Translations under genes and position numbers: made by a program
Notes under the pieces: generated by a model
What the model saw: only the letters and a program-made list of their open reading frames with translations
Database searches by the model: none
What the model was told of the DNA's origin: nothing
IMG/VR virus record: IMGVR_UViG_3300009703_004110
Coordinates: 1 to 64,000 of that record
Direction: 5' to 3' (one strand)
Length of the DNA stretch: 64,000 nt
Shown: in pieces, positions 16,851-26,746 of the stretch
How the letters are laid out: each line of letters begins with the position of its first letter
Position numbering within the stretch: position 1 is the stretch's first letter

Positions 16851-19088
16851 CTATTTATTAGTATAACGACACTTGGGAAAGGAACTGCATCCTCGCCAAT
16901 TTCCAGATCCAAATTTTGACTTTCGTTCGATTAATGTTCCTATCTTACATTTAGGGCAAGAAACTCCAGTGTCTTTGCCTCCCGCTCCTTTCTTCTTCTT
17001 AATAATAAAATTATCGTTTTCATCCAAGCTTACGCTATTTTTGCACTTGGGATACTGATCGCATGCAGCGAAACTTCCGAACTTGCCACTTCTCTTTAGC
17101 ATCTTTCCTTTTTTGCATTTAGAACACTTGATACCCATGTCTTTTGCTGCAGATTTACCTGATGCAATCACCTTACCTTCTACTTCTTTTCCGGTAAAGG
17201 TGCATGCAGATCCTTGACATCTGAGGTACGATCCATATTGTCCGTTTTTAGCTTCCAGCATGTTACCGCATACTGGACACGGATGACCTGTTTCGACTTC
17301 TACATCAACAGGGTTACCATCGGTATCAAAGTTAACGGTATGACCACATTCCGGCCATTTATCGCAGCCCATAAAGACACCAAGCGATGATATCTTTTTA
17401 ATCATCTTGGTACCGTCTTTGCAAGCCTTGCAATCTATGTCAGTTTTAAATATTTGATTTTTTGCCTTCTTTGCTACATCTACTTCGCTCATCAACTGTG
17501 CAAAGAAAGCAGTCATAGATGGCTTTAAAGCTTTTTTACCAGCAGCTATCTCATCAAGTTCAAGCTCCATCTTCGCTGTAAACGCGGAACTAGTGACGTT
17601 ACCAAAGAAGTGAGTTAGATAGTCAGATACCATAATTCCAACCTCAGTTGCCTTAATGGTTTGCTTTTGACGCTCTACGTAATTTCGATTAATCAAAGTA
17701 TCCATAGTGGCAGCATAGGTCGCTGGTCTACCAATTCCTTCCTTCTCCATCTTATCGGTGAAAGTTCCGGGATCGGTATATCGTGGCGGAGCCTTGGTGA
17801 AATGCTGAGCCGGATTAAACTTCTTTATCTTAATTAATTGCCCATTTTTTAGGACAGGAAGAGCACTATCTTTCGTAGCAGAACCGTAAATCTTCAAGAA
17901 GCCATCGAATCTCTGAATAGAGCCTGATGTTCTGAAGTTATATACGTCTTTCTTACCCTTGACACTAAGTTTGATTGAGGCCTGATCGAAAACGGCTTCC
18001 GCCATTTGCGACGCCATAAATCTATTTGAGATTAACTTAAGAAGCTTTCTTTCATCAGTACCTAAACTCGCAGGGGTTGGATCAAAGGTGGGTCTAATTG
18101 CTTCGTGAGCATCTTGAGAGCCGCCCTTAGACTTATAAGCCCTGGTCTTAAGTGACAAATACTGCTTACCGTGAGCTTTTTCGATTCTATCTCTGATGTC
18201 TATAATCTTTGTCGGATCCGATCTAACGCTGTCAGTACGATGGTATGTAATCAGTCCCTGTGAGAACAAGCTTTGTGCTGTATTCATGACTCTCTTACCA
18301 GTCCATCCAAACCTGGTACCTGCGTCTTTTTGCATAGACGCGGTAACGAATGGTGGAGCAGGCTTACGAGTTCTCTTCTTTTTGGTATATGAATCTACAG
18401 TTACCTGTTTGACCATATCAGCCAGTATTTCGTCAGCTTTCTTCTTAGTTCTGGGAACATACTTTTTGTCGTTAATTCCATAAAAATCGGCTTGGAATCC
18501 TAGTTCTGTTAAAGCTTTGATGGTCCAGTATTCTTCTGGAACAAAGGCTCTAATCTCTCGCTCTCTATCTACGATAAACTTTAAAGCAGCAGATTGTACG
18601 CGCCCAGCACTAGTATTCTTAAGGCCCTTGGTCCACATAATAGGGCTAACTTTAAAACCAACCAGCCTATCAGTGATTCGTCTAGCTTGCTGTGCTGCAA
18701 AAAGATCATCATTAAACGGAATTGGTTTTTTAATACCAGCTAATACATCCTTCTTAGTAATGGTCTTAAACAAGACACGATGAACATTCTTACCCCTTTT
18801 AGGCAGAATTTCTCTTAAATTAAAGGCGATCGCAGATCCTTCTCTGTCTCCATCTGTTGCGATATAAATATCTGTATGATTTTTAGCCGCCAACTTAAGG
18901 CCTTTAACTACATCTTTCTTACCCGGACTAACTACATATGTAGTATCCCATGTAGTAAGATCAATACCCATTTTTTTCTTTTCCAAATCCATAATGTGAC
19001 CCACTGAGGCCATCACTACATAACCGTTACCAAGGATTTTTTTAATCTTTGCACACTTATTTGGTGATTCAACTATTACTAACGCCAT
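16851..19088 (-). CDS. topA: DNA topoisomerase I (type IA) with C-terminal Zn ribbons
   Basis: IVESPNK, ATDGDREG, SAGRVQS, ITYHRTDS, DAHEAIRPT, GIGRPATY. Confidence 0.97.
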   Translation of the reverse strand: MALVIVESPNKCAKIKKILGNGYVVMASVGHIMDLEKKKMGIDLTTWDTTYVVSPGKKDVVKGLKLAAKNHTDIYIATDGDREGSAIAFNLREILPKRGKNVHRVLFKTITKKDVLAGIKKPIPFNDDLFAAQQARRITDRLVGFKVSPIMWTKGLKNTSAGRVQSAALKFIVDREREIRAFVPEEYWTIKALTELGFQADFYGINDKKYVPRTKKKADEILADMVKQVTVDSYTKKKRTRKPAPPFVTASMQKDAGTRFGWTGKRVMNTAQSLFSQGLITYHRTDSVRSDPTKIIDIRDRIEKAHGKQYLSLKTRAYKSKGGSQDAHEAIRPTFDPTPASLGTDERKLLKLISNRFMASQMAEAVFDQASIKLSVKGKKDVYNFRTSGSIQRFDGFLKIYGSATKDSALPVLKNGQLIKIKKFNPAQHFTKAPPRYTDPGTFTDKMEKEGIGRPATYAATMDTLINRNYVERQKQTIKATEVGIMVSDYLTHFFGNVTSSAFTAKMELELDEIAAGKKALKPSMTAFFAQLMSEVDVAKKAKNQIFKTDIDCKACKDGTKMIKKISSLGVFMGCDKWPECGHTVNFDTDGNPVDVEVETGHPCPVCGNMLEAKNGQYGSYLRCQGSACTFTGKEVEGKVIASGKSAAKDMGIKCSKCKKGKMLKRSGKFGSFAACDQYPKCKNSVSLDENDNFIIKKKKGAGGKDTGVSCPKCKIGTLIERKSKFGSGNWRGCSSFPKCRYTNK

Positions 19089-19187
19089 AGAGGTTCCTTA
19101 CAAAAATAGCAGAAGAAGATTTATTCTCCCTCTTCTATATATGATACCGGCGTAGGTATAGCCGGTCTCGAAAATGTATGTACTTTG

Positions 19188-19430
19188 TTATTCCGGAGCT
19201 TCTCCCAGGCTGTCACCCAGCGCGGTAAAAACCTCTCTCAGGATCTTCAATTCTTCTTCCGGTATTTCTATCGAATCCGGCAGACCTGTTGCTCCCTCTA
19301 AGTTAATATCATCAAGAGCGCCTACTTCTGCTTTTTTATAAGCGATAATTAAATTGGTTACAAAATCTGCATCCTCGGCCAATCCCGCCCTGTCTAAATT
19401 ATCTGCAATCTTTACTAATCTTTTAATCAT
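19188..19430 (-). CDS. Small protein consisting largely of the shared leader
   Basis: MIKRLVKIADNLDRAGLAEDADFVTNLIIAYKKA; GGAG RBS before 19430. Confidence 0.7.
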   Translation of the reverse strand: MIKRLVKIADNLDRAGLAEDADFVTNLIIAYKKAEVGALDDINLEGATGLPDSIEIPEEELKILREVFTALGDSLGEAPE

Positions 19431-19449
19431 AACTTTAAACTCCAAATAA

Positions 19450-19854
19450 TTATTTTAATACTTCTTGCTTTCCAAAAGCAATGCATTCGAAAAAGTCTAA
19501 AGAAGTTAGATCATCCTGTATAGTAACTTCGATCTTATCTGTTGTACCTGGAAATAGAACTACCGGAAAGGTTAATTGATATACTGCCATAAAATAATCA
19601 ACATTGGCACTTATAGCGCCTACGTCAGAAATAATTGATGTATTGATTCTGACTCCACCCCCGCTTTGTCCTGCGTAATTATAAAAATCGCCCAGAACCG
19701 TCATAGGATCAACAAATAAGTTTACAATTTCAGAATTAATAAACTGAAATTTAATTCCATTTGTAAGCGGAGTATTATTAGATGTGGCGGTACCAAACCT
19801 TCTACTATCCGCACTAAATATATTTAGATTATTACTATGAATAATAAATCTCAT
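19450..19854 (-). CDS. Hypothetical, probably structural protein
   Basis: Beta-rich composition; ATGA-coupled to the upstream fibre-like gene. Confidence 0.6.
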   Translation of the reverse strand: MRFIIHSNNLNIFSADSRRFGTATSNNTPLTNGIKFQFINSEIVNLFVDPMTVLGDFYNYAGQSGGGVRINTSIISDVGAISANVDYFMAVYQLTFPVVLFPGTTDKIEVTIQDDLTSLDFFECIAFGKQEVLK

Positions 19855-20492
19855 TTCATTATTGGGCCGGTAACAACCTCTGGTTCATCAGGGATCGGGG
19901 CGTCAGCTATTTCCGCTAGTAAGGCTATGATCCTATCTAATTGCACACCAACATCAGATGCATTATCTTTTGCGGTCTCAAGTATGACGTCTAAATCTTC
20001 AAGCTGATTGTCAACTCCTATTAACTGCCCCTCAATCTTTTCATTTGAAACAGAATAATTAGTAGGTGAGTAATCGATAAATAAGTTACCTCCTATTATT
20101 TCATCTGAACCACCAGCAATATGAGTAGAGGCATGTACTTTTGGCATTCTGGTTTTAGAAGTGTCATCTAATGTCGCATCAGAAATAATATCATTAAGTT
20201 CAGATAAAGTTGCTAGACCAAGATCTTTAAAATTAAGATTTTCTATTCTAAGCCTTAAACCCTCTAGTTCTTGGTCTAATTTATTTAACTCATCATTAAA
20301 GTCATCTAGCCTAGCCCTTACTGTAAAAAAACTACTCGAAGACGGAAGGACTCCTAGTTCTGCTTCTATATTTGCAATAGCTGAACGAAGAGTGTTAACA
20401 CTAAAAGCATTAATTTCAGTTGACCCATCTACTGCAATGGGCAACTGAGCGTAGCCATCGATCGCGTTAGGATATATACTGAAATCTGACAT
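19851..20492 (-). CDS. Tail-fibre-like protein with shared N-terminal anchor domain
   Basis: YPNAIDGYAQLP...LRSAIANIEAELG paralogous to 23233-24477; HASTHIAGGSDEI fibre motif. Confidence 0.65.
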   Translation of the reverse strand: MSDFSIYPNAIDGYAQLPIAVDGSTEINAFSVNTLRSAIANIEAELGVLPSSSSFFTVRARLDDFNDELNKLDQELEGLRLRIENLNFKDLGLATLSELNDIISDATLDDTSKTRMPKVHASTHIAGGSDEIIGGNLFIDYSPTNYSVSNEKIEGQLIGVDNQLEDLDVILETAKDNASDVGVQLDRIIALLAEIADAPIPDEPEVVTGPIMK

Positions 20493-20527
20493 TTATTCTC
20501 CTAAAAAGAGTTAAATAATTAATATGC

Positions 20528-21091
20528 TTATTCTTCCTCTATTTTAGTCAGAACTTCTTTTCTAGCAGAGGCCGTGGTCATGCTCTCTGTAGAGCCAAAT
20601 CCGCCGATACCTCTTTCGGTAGTGGGAAGTTCACTTACTACATTAAACTTAGAATCATATCTTTTTCGAAGAATTAGCTGAGTTAGAACAGGCTTCAATC
20701 TTAAGACCCCATCAGCCAGAGCTGACATGTTTCTATATCTCTTTCCTTCAAAAGAAATGATGCCATTTGCAAATTGCTGGCTTTTACCAACGCCTTCTCC
20801 GGCATAAGCGTGATGAACTCTTATTGCCACCAAAACTTCTCCGCGATAATCTTCGTCAATAATTCCAATAGAATTAGCCAATGACAGACCCTGTTTGGAT
20901 ATACGACTGCACGGTGCAATCTCCCAATAGAATCCTTCTGGTGATGCGACAGATATCCCGGTCTTAAAGAATATCACGTCTCCAACAATTTTATGTACTC
21001 CGATAAAGGTTAGGTCATAACCCGTATCAGCGTCATGTGCTCTTGATGGCACTACGGCCTTTTCATCTAACAGCTTAATATCAGTAATCAT
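20528..21091 (-). CDS. dut: Trimeric dUTPase
   Basis: TGYDL, GIIDEDYRGEV, ERGIGGFGST; ~45-aa insertion; start at MITDIK. Confidence 0.9.
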   Translation of the reverse strand: MITDIKLLDEKAVVPSRAHDADTGYDLTFIGVHKIVGDVIFFKTGISVASPEGFYWEIAPCSRISKQGLSLANSIGIIDEDYRGEVLVAIRVHHAYAGEGVGKSQQFANGIISFEGKRYRNMSALADGVLRLKPVLTQLILRKRYDSKFNVVSELPTTERGIGGFGSTESMTTASARKEVLTKIEEE

Positions 21092-21519
21092 TTGTTCTCC
21101 ATAAGTGCCCACTCCATATATTTGGTTAAGGCGTCAGCTCGTTCAATTTCCCACTTTATATCATCAATAGGAATCTTTAATTTTTTTCCAAGTTTATAGC
21201 CGCGCTTCCAAGCTTCGGCTTCTTCTAATATTACTAAAACCCTCTCTTCTTTGGTTAAGGCTTTCTCTTCTCGTTTTGATGCCGGAAGCAGCTTTATATT
21301 TCCTGGCGCACGATGAATTAAAATATGGCCTGCTTCATGCAAAGCAATATATGTTTTATTTTCTAAATCAAGATTATCTGCTCTAAGTTCTATTATTTTA
21401 GATTCAGCACACATACAATTATCATTTCCATCTAAATCTACATAATATCCCTTGTCCTCCGCCCAATCAGATACTATATATAAGCAAGCTTCCCATAGCA
21501 TAGAGTTATCCTCCTTCAT
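21088..21519 (-). CDS. Zincin-like metallopeptidase (ImmA/IrrE-like)
   Basis: ALHEAGH (HExxH) with downstream EEAEAW. Confidence 0.7.
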   Translation of the reverse strand: MKEDNSMLWEACLYIVSDWAEDKGYYVDLDGNDNCMCAESKIIELRADNLDLENKTYIALHEAGHILIHRAPGNIKLLPASKREEKALTKEERVLVILEEAEAWKRGYKLGKKLKIPIDDIKWEIERADALTKYMEWALMENK

Positions 21520-21569
21520 ATATCATACCTCGGAGAGCAACAAACTACATTTTGAGGTATAAAAAATTA

Positions 21570-22526
21570 TTATGGCAAGTTGTAGAAAAGTACCGAATCT
21601 TCATTATCTCCATTTAAACGTGAGCCGACTAAAAATCCACGATCTGTAGAGTCACTATTTTGTATAATAGTGCGAGCGCGATACTCCTGATAATATCCAG
21701 CCTGCCTTAGGTGTCCGGCGTAATTATTTGGAGTGCCTTCCTGAATAAATAATATTGGACAAAACACACTTGAGCCACCATTAGTATTCATACGTGGTGA
21801 GCCATTACCACTAGCTAATAAACTATGTTTGTCTACATCATCAAAAGTTGCCGGAACTGACGGTCTAAAGGCACCATGAGATACACTAGTATTGCTGGCA
21901 CTTGAGCCAAAAAATGTATTGACATTTGAACACGTATCACTGCTTATGAGGGCCGTTCCAGACCATGCGATAGCATAGACGCGTCCTGGCGTACCTTCAC
22001 CATCAGCATCGTCTGGTGGTGCTATAGATGCACCGCCATAAAACCCCCTAATATCGTCCGGACCTGATTCGTGAAACCAGATGGAAAAAGTTTCTTGGCT
22101 TTCTAAAATCCAAAATGAAGCAACTGCATCTGTGGTCGGCAAAAGAACTTTTCCATATTCAGAAAATCTTTGCGCTCCAAACGGATTAGACGCACTATTC
22201 CATACATTTGGTAGGACGGTTATATCAGAATCAGGCGACATTCCTACGTATAGGCAGTTTGCTATTTTATTATAAGGAGTTCTTATTTGAGCGGCATCCG
22301 GGCCTGTTCCGTCACCAGCGATTAAAAATCTTAATGCTGGCACATTTGAGCCTGACTTAGGACCTATCATAATAAAGTCCGCTCCAGATGATCCTTTGAT
22401 TTCCCAATAAGTTGAGTTTGCCATTTCAGCATTAATTGCAGCTATAACTCCAGCAATGGTATTCCCAGTCGCCGGTACTACTAATGGCCTCTGAAGAAAA
22501 GTTAAGTTTGGTAATGTACTCGCCAT
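21570..22526 (-). CDS. Putative virion structural/tail protein
   Basis: G/S/T/N-rich, lies after the fibre genes. Confidence 0.55.
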   Translation of the reverse strand: MASTLPNLTFLQRPLVVPATGNTIAGVIAAINAEMANSTYWEIKGSSGADFIMIGPKSGSNVPALRFLIAGDGTGPDAAQIRTPYNKIANCLYVGMSPDSDITVLPNVWNSASNPFGAQRFSEYGKVLLPTTDAVASFWILESQETFSIWFHESGPDDIRGFYGGASIAPPDDADGEGTPGRVYAIAWSGTALISSDTCSNVNTFFGSSASNTSVSHGAFRPSVPATFDDVDKHSLLASGNGSPRMNTNGGSSVFCPILFIQEGTPNNYAGHLRQAGYYQEYRARTIIQNSDSTDRGFLVGSRLNGDNEDSVLFYNLP

Positions 22527-22540
22527 AATATACTCCTAAT

Positions 22541-23233
22541 TTATGCTAGTATGAATCCAGGAACTGCATAAGGCGTCAGCTGTTCCGTCAGAATGTCCAC
22601 CCTATTGAGATGTCTGTAACCTGCGACCGCTAGAACATTGGCACCAGCGGCGGCAGTATCACCCTCCTGCTTTGAAAAAAAAAGATCATTGGTTCCGACC
22701 ACATCTGAGCCAGGATCGCTGGAGCAAACCCAGATAGCATCTCCGTTATCAGTGCCTCTTGTGGCTACTACACTAGCTCCAGACGCACCTTGAGCTGCCA
22801 ACATATCATATGGCCTAGTCCAAGCTCCTGACTTAACCTGATAAACTCCATTATCTTTACTGTCGGTTTGCGCAGTTAAAAGAACTCTAAATCCGGCAGT
22901 TGCTGTAGTTCCATCTATCGAAGTAGAGGTTCCAGACAAAGTTGCAATATTAACAGTTGCAACCAAATCTACTTTGTTTCGCCCACCTTGATCTAAAAAT
23001 TCTAGAAAAAAGGCTAGAGACTCTGCTTTTGTTACAGCACCATTACCTCTTCCAATTAGCAAAGAATTATCATCGATCAGACCATGCAGCGATAGTGAAC
23101 CTCTAATTTCTGCCATAGTGGCATAATCTGTTAAGGTAACAGTAGCACTAGCTGCTATCGGTATACCTAGATCTTCAATGTCGACCTGGCTTGCAAGCTG
23201 GTTAATTACCTGTAATGTATTTGGTAGAGCCAT
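22541..23233 (-). CDS. Tail-fibre-associated protein
   Basis: RVLLTAQTDSKDNGVY..W.R..D motif common in phage fibre proteins; start at MALPN. Confidence 0.7.
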   Translation of the reverse strand: MALPNTLQVINQLASQVDIEDLGIPIAASATVTLTDYATMAEIRGSLSLHGLIDDNSLLIGRGNGAVTKAESLAFFLEFLDQGGRNKVDLVATVNIATLSGTSTSIDGTTATAGFRVLLTAQTDSKDNGVYQVKSGAWTRPYDMLAAQGASGASVVATRGTDNGDAIWVCSSDPGSDVVGTNDLFFSKQEGDTAAAGANVLAVAGYRHLNRVDILTEQLTPYAVPGFILA

Positions 23234-24477
23234 TATCTCCTCCACTTATAGTATATCTTACCCATAGTACCTGTTGTGGAATCATCAGTCGAAGCACTGT
23301 TTATCCCTACTGATAGAATATCATTAGCATTAAAGTCACTATTGGTGGCAAAAACAGTACTTGTTGCGGCAGTGGTCAGCGTAGTTTCAACTAGTACAGT
23401 TCCGCCTTTGAAAACAGTATATCTAATACTGCTAGGAAGAGACGCTGGTGCATCTCTAGTTAATGTAATATGAACAACAGTACCGTCACGTATAGCTACT
23501 TCGCCTATAGTTGAGGACATAGCCTTGCCATCTATTCCTCTAAAGAATCCGCCTTTAGCAACTGTATTATTTCTTCCAAATGGGATGGAATATGTGGCTA
23601 CAGATAGCCACTTACTTTTTGCATTATCATAATACATCTCTTCCATAATAGTGGTGTCAAAGTAAGTATCACCATTTGATGCGGCAGGATATGGAGAAGT
23701 AGGTGCTGCAGTTTGCCCACCATAATTTCTTCGTCCTGTCATGGCAAAAGTTCCGCCATTTAGGAAGAAGGATTTGTCATTTGTTGCTAAGTTGGCAGTT
23801 ATACTGTCACTAAATGTAGATGTACCTGTAACACTGATAGTAGAGTCAAAGGTAGCAGCCGCTGTAGAAGTGAAAGATGTACCAACTGTGGCTCCACCAT
23901 TAAACGTTGCAAGGCCACCCACTGTTAATGCTCCACTGGCAGTGATATCAACGAATGTAACGGCGCCAAGGATGCTTAATGCTCCAGTAATGGTTGTGGT
24001 AGATAAGGTGGAAGCCCCACGTACAATTAGGTCCGACTTTAAAGTGGTCGTACTATCTACTTCAAGCTCCTCTTCTATTCTTAAGTTTTTAACTATAGAT
24101 GGATTACCTTGAGCAACAATACCTCCCTGTACAATAATATTGTCAGGAAAGGTTGTCTTACCGTTGTTATCAACTATAATATTTGTTCCGGTAACTAGCT
24201 TTCCAGATGTATCTGTTGCTTTAATTAAACCATTAGCCATTGGAGATGTTATTTTTTGGACATCTTCTTCGACTGCGTTTAATAAGCTATCTAGCTCATC
24301 AAGCCTATCTTTAACGCTGCCAAATTCTCCACGAGGTGTGGTCCCAAGCTCACTTTCTATATTAACAATGGCTGAACGCATGGCATTTATATTGCCCGCG
24401 TCGATAGTAGTGACGCCATCGACAATCAATGGCAACTGAGAATATCCATCTATTGCATTGGGATAAAGACTATCCAT
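23233..24477 (-). CDS. Tail fibre protein
   Basis: Shared N-terminal anchor domain, T/G/V-rich beta-repeat shaft, NGDTYFDT motif. Confidence 0.7.
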   Translation of the reverse strand: MDSLYPNAIDGYSQLPLIVDGVTTIDAGNINAMRSAIVNIESELGTTPRGEFGSVKDRLDELDSLLNAVEEDVQKITSPMANGLIKATDTSGKLVTGTNIIVDNNGKTTFPDNIIVQGGIVAQGNPSIVKNLRIEEELEVDSTTTLKSDLIVRGASTLSTTTITGALSILGAVTFVDITASGALTVGGLATFNGGATVGTSFTSTAAATFDSTISVTGTSTFSDSITANLATNDKSFFLNGGTFAMTGRRNYGGQTAAPTSPYPAASNGDTYFDTTIMEEMYYDNAKSKWLSVATYSIPFGRNNTVAKGGFFRGIDGKAMSSTIGEVAIRDGTVVHITLTRDAPASLPSSIRYTVFKGGTVLVETTLTTAATSTVFATNSDFNANDILSVGINSASTDDSTTGTMGKIYYKWRR

Positions 24478-24487
24478 GTTCTCCTTC

Positions 24488-24622
24488 CTACTTTCGTTTC
24501 TTCAACCTTATTATACTCTTTGTCTGAATTTTAGGCTTACGGCCGCCAGCAACGCGCCTTCTCTTCTTGCCTGACTTGGAGTATTTTGCATTCTTCTTTT
24601 TTTTATTGCATCCGCAACCCAT
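24488..24622 (-). CDS. 44-aa highly basic protein (MGCGC...)
   Basis: MGCGCNKKKKNAKYSKSGKKRRRVAGGRKPKIQTKSIIRLKKRK; AAGGGA RBS; below the ORF track cutoff. Confidence 0.75.
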   Translation of the reverse strand: MGCGCNKKKKNAKYSKSGKKRRRVAGGRKPKIQTKSIIRLKKRK

Positions 24623-24700
24623 AAGACATCCCTTCTTTTCAAATTTAACAGGAATATTAGCAGCTTAATTTCTTTCTGTATTAATAATATAACATATAAA

Positions 24701-25564
24701 ATGTGGGAATACGTTTGTTCTCACTTAATGACCAAGGAGATTAATTTGAAAAGAAAGCTATTTAAGTTTACTGTTTACTTATACGCTTTTGTTCTCGCCA
24801 TTTTAGTCGCTATCAATATTCCGCTTTCATTCACTGAAGAACCTGTTCACGTCGATATTCCTGTTACTATGGAAGGAACTTATTTAGAATTATCTAATAA
24901 GGACGCAGATAATTACTTGAAACCCGTTGTTCTGCTACAATTAACCGTTGATAACGGCTCAGGACCACGACTTTACGGATCTGCAACAGGATTCTCTGTT
25001 TCTGGTTCAAAAAAAGATAACGAAAGCTACTTATTAACAAACGACCATTTTTGTTCTGATGCTTTGACGATTGGCATTAGTCCATTTAAAACAGCCTCTA
25101 TTATATATAACCAAGGAGACGAAAGATCTCCGATTCTTTACAATCCATCTGGTGTTGCATATATTGTTTATACAGATCCTTCTCAAGACTTATGTCTTTT
25201 AAAGATTAATGAATATATAAAGCCTGTTATATTTGATAAAAAACAGGTTGAGCCAGTTACACCGGTTAAAATTGTAGGAGCCCCACAGGGTATTTTTCCT
25301 GTTATTTTTGATACCTATATTTCTAGCACAATTTTAAGGACCGAACTACCGTTCGAAAATCTTGTTGGAAATGGAAGAGATTTCCTATTTATTTCAGGAA
25401 GAGTGGTACCAGGAGGTTCTGGCAGTCCGATCTTCAATGAAGAAGGCAGGGTTGTAGGAATCATTTTCGCATCTCCAATGGCGGCGTATGGTGGCATTGG
25501 AATACAAGCAAAAGATATTACTGATTGGCTTGATGAACTAGATTATAATTACAAAGAACGTTAA
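24701..25564 (+). CDS. Membrane-anchored trypsin-like (S1) serine protease
   Basis: N-terminal TM; ATGF, LTNDHFC, DL, PGGSGSPIF catalytic-triad motifs; start uncertain. Confidence 0.88.
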   Translation: MWEYVCSHLMTKEINLKRKLFKFTVYLYAFVLAILVAINIPLSFTEEPVHVDIPVTMEGTYLELSNKDADNYLKPVVLLQLTVDNGSGPRLYGSATGFSVSGSKKDNESYLLTNDHFCSDALTIGISPFKTASIIYNQGDERSPILYNPSGVAYIVYTDPSQDLCLLKINEYIKPVIFDKKQVEPVTPVKIVGAPQGIFPVIFDTYISSTILRTELPFENLVGNGRDFLFISGRVVPGGSGSPIFNEEGRVVGIIFASPMAAYGGIGIQAKDITDWLDELDYNYKER

Positions 25565-25866
25565 TCATTCGTATCTTCTAATCTAGATTTTATAGTCCTT
25601 TTAACGCCTTTGCGTTTATCTATTCTTCGTAGATTCGCAATAGCGTTTTTTGTATATAGCTTATAAAATGCTAAATCTAGTTGCCTTCCATTTAGTAAAG
25701 AGTCCATGAGATTACTTGCAAATTCTACCGAGCGCATTGCTTCTACTGTATATTCATCAAGTCTTTCTCCGGCATCTTTCTTTTTTTGTACATCCTGCAT
25801 TATATCAAAAGCAGACGTCTCCACAATAATTTGATCAGGTATTGACTTATCAATCTTCTTCGACAT
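25561..25866 (-). CDS. Hypothetical protein
   Basis: 101-aa ORF. Confidence 0.65.
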   Translation of the reverse strand: MSKKIDKSIPDQIIVETSAFDIMQDVQKKKDAGERLDEYTVEAMRSVEFASNLMDSLLNGRQLDLAFYKLYTKNAIANLRRIDKRKGVKRTIKSRLEDTND

Positions 25867-26044
25867 TATTTAACCTCGTTCGTAAAGAAATTAATTGCGT
25901 TATTATGGTATCTAGATGTTCTTTCTTCAAAGTTACAGATATTAAATAACTTTCTTTACCTTGCTTTGTTTTAATACCCATTCGGATGGCATTGCCATCT
26001 TTTTCGATAATCATATAACTATCTGAATTAAGTGTTATTTTCAT
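25850..26044 (-). CDS. Hypothetical protein
   Basis: Start at MKITLN, ATGA-coupled to the lysozyme stop. Confidence 0.6.
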   Translation of the reverse strand: MKITLNSDSYMIIEKDGNAIRMGIKTKQGKESYLISVTLKKEHLDTIITQLISLRTRLNNVEED

Positions 26045-26712
26045 CCGGTCCCGCCCTTCCACATTGCCGCCTCTGCGGCTCTCCTTTTTTGGTGACCAGG
26101 AGAAGAAACAAATGCCACTGGTATTAGATTTCCAGCACCAGTTAAATCGCCTGAATTAATTAACTTCAGAAGTTTTGACCTGGAGATTGTTCCAACTCCA
26201 GTGTTGTATATTATACTAACTAATGCATTAACTTGATTGGTATTTAATGGCGTTGTCACATTTCTCTTAATAAAGCCGAGAACTTTATCCATGTCTTTAG
26301 TCAGATACTGATCGGCCTGTGATTTGGTAATTCTCATTGGACTAGTTTGCCCAACTTTACCGTGCCTATGACCATATCCAATTGCCCACCAACCACCATC
26401 ATCATATGATTCCAATCGAAGGCCTTCAAATTTCTTAATCATATTAGCGCCCTCCTGATCATAAGCGGCTTCCGCATTAGGATCTGGAACTTCTATTATT
26501 TGGCCGATCTGTAATTTAGTCCAATCAAGATCAGGGTTTGCATTCTCAATCATTCTTTGATAAACTGGATTACCACCAGAGATACTCCAGGCCGTATCTC
26601 CCGATTTGATTGTATATGTTTTTGCTGTTTTCAAAAAAGAAAAGAGAAGACGGGCCTCTTTATGAAGCCCCTCTTCTCTTAAATATTGGTATAAACCTTC
26701 TAGCTTTTTCAT
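26041..26712 (-). CDS. Leader + LysM + GH24 lysozyme
   Basis: YTIKSGDT...LQIGQIIEVP (LysM); IKKFEG...YDD...IGYGH and RRAAE (GH24). Confidence 0.92.
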   Translation of the reverse strand: MKKLEGLYQYLREEGLHKEARLLFSFLKTAKTYTIKSGDTAWSISGGNPVYQRMIENANPDLDWTKLQIGQIIEVPDPNAEAAYDQEGANMIKKFEGLRLESYDDGGWWAIGYGHRHGKVGQTSPMRITKSQADQYLTKDMDKVLGFIKRNVTTPLNTNQVNALVSIIYNTGVGTISRSKLLKLINSGDLTGAGNLIPVAFVSSPGHQKRRAAEAAMWKGGTG

Positions 26713-26746
26713 TCAGCCCTCACATATAGAGGGTGTAAATTAGTAT

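Noticed and set aside
22672-22685. Programmed frameshift at the T9 run in the fibre-associated gene
   Set aside because: The annotated frame ends just before the next gene's RBS, and I found no evidence for an extended alternative product.
24701-25564. The trypsin-like protease as the enzyme that removes the K-x-A leaders
   Set aside because: It has an N-terminal membrane anchor suggesting an extracytoplasmic location, and nothing in the sequence links it to head maturation.
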